Shown here: positions 39,045 to 49,712 of the stretch, piece by piece
How positions within the stretch are numbered: the stretch's first letter is position 1
How the letters are laid out: every line of letters begins with the position of its first letter
Source: Raillietiella orientalis
Lineage: Eukaryota
Reading direction: 5' to 3'
DNA: 64,000 nucleotides
Assembly (NCBI GenBank): GCA_036172245.1
Contig: JAYWIR010000048.1
Coordinates: forward strand, 186,001-250,000
Notes under the pieces: model-generated
Databases searched by the model: none
What the model saw: only the letters and a program-made list of their open reading frames with translations
Told to the model about the DNA's origin: nothing
Position numbers and translations under genes: made by a program

Positions 39045-40571
39045 ACTGCCTTCACAAAGCCGAGACTGCTCTGGGCCCGTTCCAAGGCGGCAGGTTTCTC
39101 CTGTCGGAACGGGCCTTCGTGTGTAACATTTTCGTTGCCCCCCTCCTCCGTCCCCTCTTTTTTGTTTGTCCCCCTCTCTACTCGGCTACGCGCCGGGCGC
39201 AACGCCTGTTGCGTAACGCCCTGTGGGGACCAGCGAGGTCCAGGATACGCCTGAAGGACTTGGCGGCTCCTCGGCGGGATGCAGGATTGGGCATCCTGAC
39301 GCTGGAGCGGATCGGACTGCTAGTGCAGTTCCGCATGCTGGCACTTTGCGCCCAGCTATGGACTACTCCCTGGTGTGCTCCAGCGCGGCTGCTGCTGCGG
39401 CGCTGCACGGGTGGCGACGGACTGCGTTCGTTGCACCTGCGCACGGAGCGCGTCCAAAGAGGATTCGGCTTCCCTCTGAAGCAGCTCGCCTCGCTTCTGG
39501 AAAAGCATGCGTGGATCTCCTGCCGGCCGACGAGCATCAATGCCTGGAGGCAGGAAGCCTTATCGTCCTGGGCAGAGCAACAGGATGTGTCCCGTTTGGA
39601 ACTCCGTTGCGTTAACATTTCCCCATACTGTCCAGTGGGGGAGGTGCTCAAGGACCAGGACCAGTGGACATGCCTAGCCGCTAAGCATCTTGCAGTAGCA
39701 CAGTCTGCACTGATGGTGCGAGACGACAGTGACCTACCGGCGAGGTGGGAGGTCGCCTTCGAAATCGCAGGCGAAAACCGACTGCTGGGAGGCTGGAGGA
39801 CTTGCGAGCTGGCAGACGCTGCCACGCCTCGCATTCGTGCCAAGGGACTTCTCCGGTGGAGCGAGCTCCTCAGGGTGCCCACCGAAGAACTTGTGGTCCC
39901 TTCTGCGTGTTTGGACGCGACTGTCTCCCCCCTGAGGTGGAAACAGGGAGCTTTTCTGCTGGTGCATTGGGGTCTGTACTGCAACCAGCGCGCGCACCTG
40001 GTTTCCGGGGGAGTTGCGTCCCCGAACTGTGCCAAAAGCGGAGCGGTGAAATCGCGTCCGCATTTGCTGTTTGAATGCGGTGCCCTCCAGGAGCTGTGGC
40101 GGCGGCTGTCTTCAGCGCTCCTGCACCCCGGACACATCGTAATGGATTCTGTGCGCCGCTTCTTCACGCGTGGCTGTCTATCTCTGGGAGCGGTCGTCGC
40201 AATCATCTGCTGCGTCCTTGCCACTGTCAGGGCCCGCCACGTATTGCAGGTGCGAGCGGTCCCAACATCGGTCCCCGACACTGCAGCCTGCAACCTGCAA
40301 ATGGCTGCCGGGTGGCCACACCTTGGAGCAGAAGTGAGGACGGAGATTGCCGGCATTCACCGCCGGTTCTGAGAATAGGAACGGCTGGACAGCATACCTT
40401 TATCCCCACCCTCCCACCCTATTTATTTATTTATTATCCCCTCCCTCCCGTTCCGAACTCTCAGTGTGCCCGGCCTGCGAGCTGGGAACCCTCTTCCCCA
40501 TCTTCTGTTCCCCTTGCCTGGGAACACAGTTCCCAGATGATATTATTAATAAACGTCCCGGCGCAACCGGG
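39045..40571 (+). mobile_element. Tx1-like LINE, post-RT half of ORF2 (open to 40372) plus 3'UTR
   Basis: LSERAFVCNIF, LAAPRRDAGLGI (P...GGLG-like), HWGLYCN...PNC...PHLLFEC and GWPHL. 3' end AATAAA(40548)cgtCCCGGcgcaaCCGGG. The start of ORF 38981 is chimeric with the 334-bp repeat. Confidence 0.82.
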
Positions 40572-40649
40572 TAATAATCGATAAGGGCCATCACGCCAAG
40601 GCAGCCATCTCTTGTTTTTCCATAGAGATATTCCTTCGATGATCATTTT

Positions 40650-41420
40650 TTGAGGGGGAGGATAGACTGCTTCAGGACATCCTTAATGATTTTGTCGAGC
40701 CTAACCCAAGAGCTCAATGGGTTTTGTAGGAAGTGGAGGATCATGAACAAGGGAAGAGAGAAAGGAAGATTTAATGGCATCCAGTTGTTGCCATGGTAAA
40801 CAAGAGGGAAGTCCGTAAATTAATAGCATTCTTAAATAACAGAGAGCACCATATGGTGATTATAGGTCTCTCACTTTTGTTGATTGGAAAAGATGTTACA
40901 CCACAAAATTATGAAGAATGGACAAAAAGACGTGTTCGTGCATTGTGTGGAGCTGTAGGTATAACTGAGGACAACAACATCTGGACTAGAGCTTTATATC
41001 CATCACAAGCTATTATGAGGAAATCACATTTAATCTTATCTGCAAGTTTTACCTTTAGAAGAGAAATATTTAAGATTTGTATGTCATTGTCTAGAACCAC
41101 CATAAGAACTGGTACTGTATTTCGTGAGGTTATACAATTACTAGAATGGACAGATATGAATCATATCGTCATGATTGATGAATTCCCTATGTGCAGAATT
41201 CCAGAAATAGTAAGAATAAGGGAGTTGAAAGATAATTTGGCCCCATTAGAGGTTTTTTTACAGATTCCTAGATAGTATAGAAGAGCAAGAAAGACCGTAT
41301 ATTAGATTATTATACGATAAAGATTTCTGTGCACCATGCAACAGAAATAATTTTGGACCATTATGTGCAGCTGCTGTATGTGTTTCTAGATCAGAATTAA
41401 ACTATGAGGAATGGACGTGA
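40650..41420 (+). pseudogene. Endogenous viral element: disrupted nucleoprotein of a negative-strand RNA virus (Monjiviricetes; Xinmoviridae/Lispiviridae-like, chuvirus-like as alternative)
   Basis: ORF 40793-41275 IIGLSLLLIGKDVTPQNYEEWTKRRVRALCGAVG...LSASFTFRREIFKIC...VFREVIQLLEWTDMNHIVMID...PEIVRIRELKDN. After a frameshift in the T7 run (about 41253-41259) it continues YRFLDSIEEQERPYIRLLYDKDFCAPCNRNNFGPLCAAAV to TGA at 41418-41420. Intronless and AT-rich compared with the left flank. Family recalled from motifs, not searched. Confidence 0.72.
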
Positions 41421-41519
41421 ACGCATCTTTTATGTCAATCCATGCAATTGCCAAATCTTTATCATGAACTCGTGAGTGCTCGATGGAGCGAGCTCGCTTC
41501 GACGAAGCGAGGACAAATT

Positions 41520-43000
41520 TTTGTTCGAGCACACCATCGAATGGGAGAAAACCTTTTTAGTGTGGACCTACTATGCCATTTCTGATGATCCACGATCGCA
41601 ATCGACGAGCCAGGGTTTTTGAAAACAGCTTACCTATCGTATTGGTAATGGAAACGGGTCGGAATTGGGAGATGTTTAGAGGGCCGGATGATCCTGATTT
41701 TGAGATAAGCACTGTTCTTGAGGATTTCTAATCATCTGGAATTCTGTGATGGTGTAAACAAGCAGAGAACAAAGAAGCAAGACAGGAACCGTCTGGATCT
41801 GCAAGATGAAGTACAGAGTATACAATTTCCTCACTCCCAGGGGTGCTATCAGTACATGAATTCAGCGCGAAGTTGACTTCTTGGGAAAATAGAGAGGAGC
41901 AGTCTACTTCATCATGAGCATCTTTAACATAATCAACTATTTCATTTGCCGTAAACTCCTCAGAAAATTTGTCACGAAACGCTTCTTCCAGAAGTGCTCT
42001 GGAGCCTTCAAATGTCAGTGGATTTGGATTCAGTATAGCTTGGACTGCCCGTTTCCTACTACGTTTATACAGGAATTGCAACCAATGTTTGGATAACGCA
42101 GGCCGGAAAGCTTTTTGGTTTTCTGAACGAGTAGAAGTAGAAGAAAGAGAGCAACGAATCTTCAATCTTTCTTTTATGGCTGCCATCATTGAATGAAGTG
42201 AATTCAGTACACATTGCCACGAGTCGCAGTTTGGGAAGATGCTGCGCAGTTTGAAAGAATAAGTGAAGTTGGATAACAGGCTTGGAGAGGTAGCAAATCT
42301 TGAAACTTGGACTGTTACAGGATTTTCAGAGGGCAACGAGGTATTCTGATCAACAGACAAGCTGTGATTTGCTTTGGATGCTTCCCTAACCGCGGACCAA
42401 AATGTGCGTGGGTCACCACTCTTGCGATTCAGGAGTTCCAGACAACACCCATTCAGAAACTGGGTAATGAGGGTAAGGTTTGATTTTGTTATCACTAGTA
42501 GATGGTTGTTTCGATCTCATATTGGGGGTTTGATGGTTACGGGGCGGTATGCTTTCTCGAAAAGGGACTTTCGTTTGACATCGCATAGTGGTATCTTCAG
42601 TTTCCGTTCCAAGATAAGATAATCCCTCGAAGCGATTTGGATAAGTCCTTACAGATTTGAACTGCGAGATGCTCCCAATTTGTTGTTGTTATGAATCCTG
42701 TCATGCCACCTTGAATGGCTATTCAGACTGATTTCAGAGAAGAAAGAAGCAGATCAATTTGTAAGAGTACATTTGTATTGTAGCGGAACCAGTTTAGATG
42801 CTCGGATATTTGGCAATCTGAGACATGGATGGTGTTGAAGGGGAAGTTGAATGATTTCATTGCACCGTCGGCATACTAAAGAGTGTTTGTATAAAGGGTA
42901 TGAGCAGTTCTGAAAAGTCTCTTCAAGGACGCAAGGATACATTTCGCAACCAACGTTTGAGTATACCATGAACACGTAGGAATGATATGATTTAATATAG
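41520..43000 (-). mobile_element. 5' part of a second NeSL/Utopia-like RLE element (zinc-finger region and RT N-terminus), truncated at about 41520
   Basis: CRRC and LNSHSRWH zinc-finger remnants. ORF 41728-42495 has LQFLYKRSRKRAVQAIL, STPGSEEIVY, DPDGSCLASLFSACL..RIP, continuing *KSSRTVLISK...FRPVSITNTIGKLF...*KGFLPFDGVLEQ. Confidence 0.82.
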
Positions 43001-45599
43001 ACAAGTGACAAGTGGGTATCAGACAAGTGATTATTCGAGGTTAAGGTTACCTCATTATTATCGATGGGTGGTAGACAAAGTGAATTTAGTAGTGGAGTCA
43101 TAAGTCGACTTGCTTGAACTGTTGAGTGTCCACGAACGGAACTATAATTCCCTTCTGTCGGCCACAGTGTGGACTGCCTAATGTTTAGCTGAGCGGGAGG
43201 ACTGACTATTGTAACCTTCTTTTTGAACGTAGCACGGATGAGGGGAATTTGACTACCAATATTTTCCTTGGACCTAATATCAGAGACTTGAGTAAACGTT
43301 GTTCCTCGGGAGCTCCAAGATTTAGGCATATGTACGGGAGCAGGACACGGAATATGTTATTGAATAACGTTATTCTCAGAGGCTGTTGATATTTGTGCAG
43401 GGGAAAGGGGTAAAGAAGGCAAAGGTTCGTCACTACAAGAAGCGTGAGAATTTTGAAATTGGATGATTTTAGGTGAATGAACTAAAGGGGGACTAAGAAT
43501 TTCGCTGGAGGACACTCCCTTTGGACAAGAAAGAGATGTGTGGTACTTTTTGGACAAGGACCGATGAGGAAGTACTATGAAGCGAAGTTTTTTGAGACTT
43601 TTCGAAGGTAAAAGTGCTGATCGATCTAAAAGTTCGGAATGATCGGCATCAGCATAGGGGTTCACAGAAACTAGATTCTACTTGAGGGTTCACTTCCACC
43701 CTCTGGTAGTCCATTGGACTACCAGAGGGTGGAAGTGTGCTAAGAGTAACCACTCTTGGCGACAAAGGATGAAAAATGGACGGTGCTTTCATAATGGGAA
43801 TCTGTACACGAGTTAGAAAGAAAATTATGGGATCCAATTTCCTCCGTAACACCCTTGGAGAGGTTTCTTCAGCAATGAGAAAAGAGAGTTCTTGTGGAAA
43901 TGGTTGAATGGTCTCTTTATGGGTTTGAAAATCCTTATTGCTTCGATGAGTTCACGGGAAGGTTTTATTTTACAGTCACTACTTACTCACCGTGAAGCTT
44001 GATCAAAAGAGGAAGATTGAAAGGCCAGTTCAGGAGAGCGATCACCACCTGCCATCAATCCTTGATGATTAGCATCGCTAGGTTCCGTGATGGATGCTTC
44101 AAATAGCTCGAAACAATTGATCTTCTTGAATTTTTACTGTGCATGATCAATCTATGATTTTTGCGGAGAGGTCTGTGATCGAAGGCAGAATTGCTCTGGT
44201 CGCATTTATAACTGAGGTGTGGTAGTGGGACAGGCAGGGCCGTGGATCTTTTTATTCCTGTGCAAGAGTGAGCAGGCGTAGGAACAAAAGACACTTTGAC
44301 AGTGAAACCGCATGTTGGACGAAAATAAAAGCATTGTGATGGAAACACTCCATGTATTCTGCTCAAATGTTTTACGTTTCTCTACCTATTATGCTTAAGT
44401 TCTCTTTTGGAGGCAAATTTACATCCTACTACGAGACAGGAACAGGACGAGGGAACAAAGGGAAAATACAGATCCTTATTTTCATCCAAAAAAAAACAAG
44501 ATATACCTCTTACGCTACTGGCAGTCATTTTCAAAAGTGTGAATCGCATAGCACGTGCCTATATTCTTGAAAAACAAATTGGGTATGAGCGGAGAGAGTC
44601 ATCAGGCCACAGATCGACCTTAAATTTGAAACTTCATGAGATGACAGAACCACCACCAGATGACCAAGCGAGAAAAACAAAGAAAGACTTTCCATGTCGG
44701 TCAGCTATCGGTCGATGACGTCACAGGCAGCTGGGGTTGACATCGGATCGATAATCAATACTTACAGCAACAGCGAGTAGCTGATGCGACAATAAATTAA
44801 TTAATTATATTTTATTTTATTTTGTGTTTTTCAATAAAAAGGCATCCGTTAATCACGGGTTTTCCAGGAATTCTGGATTGCAAGATCAAATTAAGCGAAT
44901 ATATTGCAACAACTCGCGTTGCTTGGCAGCGCCATTTCGAACGTGAAAATTACAAACGTTTTAACAAGTCTTTAGACAAATTTTGGAGGAAAAAGGGGAA
45001 TTAACTTTCGAAACGTCGAAATCAACTAAATGGGGAACTCTTGATCACAAAGTGAATTCGCAAAGTGTTCTTGCAGACGAAAATTTTACTTGGAACGAAC
45101 TTACCTTGCGCCATGACGATGGTGCGATAACACAAAGACTTTTTATGATTTTATTTTTTGAACACGAATTCAAAAACACCAAAAACGGTACGAAATGCAC
45201 CTTAGGCTTGCAGTTCCTTGGCGCGGGCGAGCAACGATTGACGACGGTTGCCCTGCAGGGAAAACGTTCGCGGGCGGAACGTTCCGCAGACGCATCCGAC
45301 GCGCGCAGGCGCGACGATGACGTCACTTTCGGGCGAGCGGCCGAGCAGCTCGCCGCCTCGCTGCAGCGACCTCCCAAGGCCGCGCAACAGGCATCCCTTC
45401 AAGGCGCCCCCCTTCCTCCTCCATGAAGGGGTCGAAGATCTCGGACTCTGAATAGGAAGCCGGAAAGGCACCATCCGTCGACGAGGCACCCCGCCGGAAA
45501 GCTGGACTCAAGTCCAAGAATCCGAGGAGGATCATCTCCCCGTCGAATGCCCTCCGGAAGCGAGGGTGCAATGAGCGTGGGAGAACGGGGCTCCTCGTC

Positions 45600-46313
45600 C
45601 GAGAATCTCCCACGTTCCGACGCGGAGGGGATGTAGGAGGTGGGGGCCGTCCAGGTGCTCGAGCTAACTCAGGTGCCTCAGGTGGCCGTCGCCTACGAAA
45701 GCGTCCCACCCGCTGAGGAGAACGCCGCAACGCCACCTTCCCGGTCTTAATGCAGGGAATCGGCTCTTTCCAGATGCATGCCTTGCTGAAGAAGAGTACG
45801 TGGATCTCCTGCCACCCCTCGAACCGCACTTCGTTGCTTCAGTAGTCAGTTTCCTCATGCGGAAAGATGAACGGCTCGAGGGAGGAAGAGTACGCCTGCC
45901 TTCGACGAGGCCCTTACGCTCGACAGCCCTGCAGGAGATCGTAAACAACCCACGCAAGTTGCTGTGGGATTCCCTTACCCCTCTTGCTCCTGTGCTGTCC
46001 TCCCTCAGGAGCGCTAGGGACAGCAACGAGCGAGCACCGTGGGAAGTGTCCTACCTCATCAGAGGCGTGAAAAAATTGTTAAGGGCGTGGACATCTCGGG
46101 AGGTAGCGGACGCTGCAACCCCGAGTGTCCCATCTAAAGGACTTGTGCGCTGGGACGAGCTGCTCGGCATACCTCTGGAGGAGGTGAAGTGGCCCCCAGC
46201 GCGATGGGACAATGTCACCCTTTCCTTGGAGTGGCAGGAGACGGCGTTGCTATTCTTGCATTGGGGAATCCTATGCAGAGCACGTCTCTCGCACTGGACT
46301 CATGGGAGTTCTC
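45600..46313 (+). mobile_element. Tx1-like LINE ORF2 C-terminal fragment
   Basis: ORF 45800-46366: WEVSY...AATPSVPSKGLVRWDELLGIPLEEVKWP...LHWGILCRARLSHWTHG, homologous to the 39045 and 26228 copies. Confidence 0.75.
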
Positions 46314-46880
46314 ACCCGGTCACGCCGGGGCGTTTATTGATAAACACTTTACATTTGCGGTACTAGGCCCCGCTACGGCCAATAGTTCATGGGACCTGCC
46401 AGGAAGCCGGTTCACAGGCCGGCTTGACTGTCCTCGGCAGCGGAGGGAATAGGGGGTAAAACAAAAAGAAAAATAAATGAAACAAACAGAAAGAAACTAT
46501 TTGGAGGGCCGGAAAGGGATCACAACCTGCTGGAGGAAGGGACCATCCTTTCCAGGATGCCCTCGAGGTGCCTCCTCCCAGATGGGACCAGCCGATCGCG
46601 ATTCGCAGGTCGCTACCTGCGAATCGCGATCGGCTGGACCAGCGTGTACGATGGGGTCCCTATCGCTGCTTCCTCTGTTGGCTGCGCTCCACGCAGCCAC
46701 AATCCCTCGGAGGCAGCAGAGCGCTGCCAGGGTTGAGGCTGGTTGCAGGGCGTCCCGCACGAAGAGGAGTCTCACAACGTCTCTGGGGGTACTGCCGACC
46801 GGCATCCGGAGGGTCGTAGCAAAACGTTCCCACAAGGGCCGGAGGGCAGCACAATCCACTAACAGGTGGGGGAGAAGATA
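46314..46880 (-). mobile_element. Tx1-like LINE 3' end, inverted relative to the adjacent fragment
   Basis: LPHLLVDCAALRPLW...ALCCLRGIVAAWS. 3' end AATAAAcgcCCCGGcgtgaCCGGGT on the minus strand (46338-46314). Confidence 0.78.
46588..46637. repeat. Perfect 23-bp-arm palindrome, 4-nt loop
   Basis: ccagccgatcgcgattcgcaggt-cgct-acctgcgaatcgcgatcggctgg. Confidence 0.95.
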
Positions 46881-48890
46881 AAATGAAGAGGACCCCCTTT
46901 CCCCTCCCGGTAGGTGTCCCTCTGGAGAGAATGAGGAAGAGGGTTCTCTTTGGAGACAACCAAGGTAGGAAGTCCGATCCCTCCAGGAGGGAAGATCCCT
47001 CCCTGAGCGTGAGAGGAACGGACTCCAAGCTCTCACTGGACTCAAAGAGCAGACCCCATCCCGGGTGCCCCCTATCCTGAAGAATTACACGCACACTCTG
47101 CGGGTGGCCGCAGGTGGAGTGGCGAGGAAACAAACAGTGTGCAAAGAAACAGTTTAAAGAGCCACGTGTGCTGCGAGGCATGCGACCGGCTCTTGAAGTT
47201 CTTGGCTAACCAAAAAAAAAAGAAACCCTCCCTAAAAAAAGGTGGAAGGAAAAAACAGCGAAAACAGAAGAAAAAAAGGACCCAAGGATTTCCATTATTT
47301 TCATTACAAACTCTTTGCGCCTTCAAAAGTAAGGCTTTCATTTCGGCCGAACAGTGGTCTATCTACGACTGGAGCCATTCACAAAAAGATTTCAAAGAAT
47401 TCTTACTAAAGTGAAAGGCTGCACTTAAAGAAGCTTGCACTTGTGAGATTGACAAAGTCAAAAGTTATAAATATGGACAAAGGAGAGAATGCCGTTGGTT
47501 GCAAACTTACCCTTATTTCAATGGAAGCGAAAAGAATATTCCACAAGAACATGAAGTTTCTAATTCGTATTTTACGTAGACAGTGGAATGATACCGAAAA
47601 GCACGAGCACAAGGTGTTCAAAGTCTGCAGTTCCAGTTTTGACTCTTTAGGTATGACTGTGTCCAGAAATAATCACTTCTTCACACGAAAGAAAGCCTGA
47701 AAGGCATTTTTGCATGCGCCTCAGAAAAAAAACACATATGGAAAGAGAAGTCATCCAGTCTGATAAACATTAGTGTTATAAGTGCTCTTTCAGAAATGCG
47801 GAATCAAGAAAAGATTTCATTTATGGAAATATGTGCAAATGCCTCATCTGCACGCTCCATTATGGAGACCGCTTACCTCGAGTACTCTATGTATGCATGT
47901 GTACCTATAAAGAGATGTACATAATGTAGGACTTTGAAAGGGTGCCTGTTCTTCTTGTGGTGCTCTTGTTACGGTTACTAATGCTATTGCTGCTGCTGTA
48001 GCTGTTACCATTATTATTATTACTTTTTATTCCAGATCCACAAGAATTCACTGTATCCACCGGGGATTGGAGAGCACTCCAGAGAATGGCAACTGTTTCT
48101 CTACAGTGCCAAGGTGAGTACCTGCCGTGGGCAAAAACAGGAAGTCAGCTGTCTGGCAATGAAAATCTTAAAGCATCAGTTCCAGCTGTAGGATGCAAAT
48201 GCAGATACAAAAATTTTCGCACTCACATTTACGGTTCTCCCAATCTCACCTTTCTACGAATACCATTCTGCAGGCGATTCCGAAGTTGCGGCCGCATCTT
48301 TCGTATTATGTAAAAAAAAGCGTCTCCACAAAGATGCAGATGAAGATTCAAGCGTTTGCACGGCACGTGATCTCACAAAGGTGTTCGAATAAAATGATAG
48401 CAACAACAGTTTGGTTACTTCCTGCAGTGAGCCACTCCAGGAGAGTGCACTATTCGAACGCCATCTTGTGCAGGTTCTCCGCCGCCCAGGTCTTGCGTGT
48501 GTCCGGGCCCCACGCATAGTGCAACGGATTCGTTCCTGCCCAGGCCGGTCCTAGTCACACGATCGGCTTTCGAAAAGATGTAAAATCTATCTTTGTCAGT
48601 TGGAAGCCAAAAGAAAACAAGTGTTTATTTACACTTGGAATGAGAATTCTTGTTGGATCAAACAATTCTATCGTTTCAGCTCTGCCATCCTGGGCGTGGA
48701 AAAATGCATCAGTAGGTCACCAGAACGCCATGTCTAGTCCAATCTTGTTCTGGCGTCCCTTTGGAGAACGGAAGAAGCCGCCCTACACCTCAACATCAAA
48801 ACGCCTCCTCGGTGGTTAACGGGACCGATTGACCTCTTAGGGGAGGACTGCCGCCATTTCTCCGTCGCCACATGCGAATGCGCTAGACAG

Positions 48891-49712
48891 AAATGTGCTT
48901 CTCTTTGGTTCACCTGGCACAGGGAAAAACCTGTTGGTTAGAGCAGTTGCTTCTCAGTGCTCGACGACCTTTTTCAACATTTCCGCCAGTTCCTTGGTTA
49001 GCAAGTGGAAAGGGGAATCGGAGAAATCGGTTCGACTCCTATTTGAGTTGGCACGTTCACGCGCTCCATCCGTAATTTTTATCGATGAAATTGACAGCCT
49101 AATAAACCACAGAGATAGCAGCGTTGAGCAGGAAGGAACGAGGCGCCTAAAAACGGAAATGTTGATCCAGTTAGATGGATTGGTTCAAAATTCCTCCCAA
49201 GTGTTGTTACTTTGTACCACAAACATGCCATGGTATGTGTCATTCGGAATCGCTCATTTCTGTGCTCGTAGGGAATTAGACATTTCGTTCACTCGAAGGA
49301 TGGAAGAACGCATTTACGTCGGTTTGCCGGATGCCAAGTCCAGATCTTTGTTATTCCAGAAATTTCTCCCTAGAAACTTGGGCTCCGATGAAGCAAAGTT
49401 CGAAGTTTGTGTTGATTACGAAGAGTGTGCGCTGCACAGCGAAGGATTCTCCGGCAGCGATATACAAACGATTTGCAGGAAAGTTGCAAAGATGCACCTC
49501 CGAAACGTGTTGAGGCGTTACGAAGGTATTTATGACCTCAGACAGTCATCCCGTCACGTCACACAGGTGCTCCTGGAGGGAAAAGAGACAGTTTGTTTCA
49601 CGAGACCATCCTCACCTCTGACTTGCTAGATCTGTTGTCCAAGTTAGAGCCGCTGTCGGAACCTTTGAGATCGAAGTATTCGCTATGGAAACAGCGAATT
49701 CATCTGGGCTGA
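48891..49712 (+). CDS. KATNAL2: Katanin p60-like 2 AAA ATPase, 3' exons only (5' exons not found)
   Basis: LLFGSPGTGKN, TTFFNISASSLVSKWKGESEK, IFIDEID, RRLKTEMLIQLDG, TNMPW|ELD, RRMEERIYVGLP, EGFSGSDI. Introns 49233-49271 (39 nt) and 49526-49566 (41 nt). Last exon ...TSDLLDLLSKLEP...KYSLWKQRIHLG*. Confidence 0.8.

Noticed and set aside
39178..40356. 392-aa minus-strand ORF
   Set aside because: Antisense shadow of the GC-rich LINE ORF2 fragment; no independent motifs.
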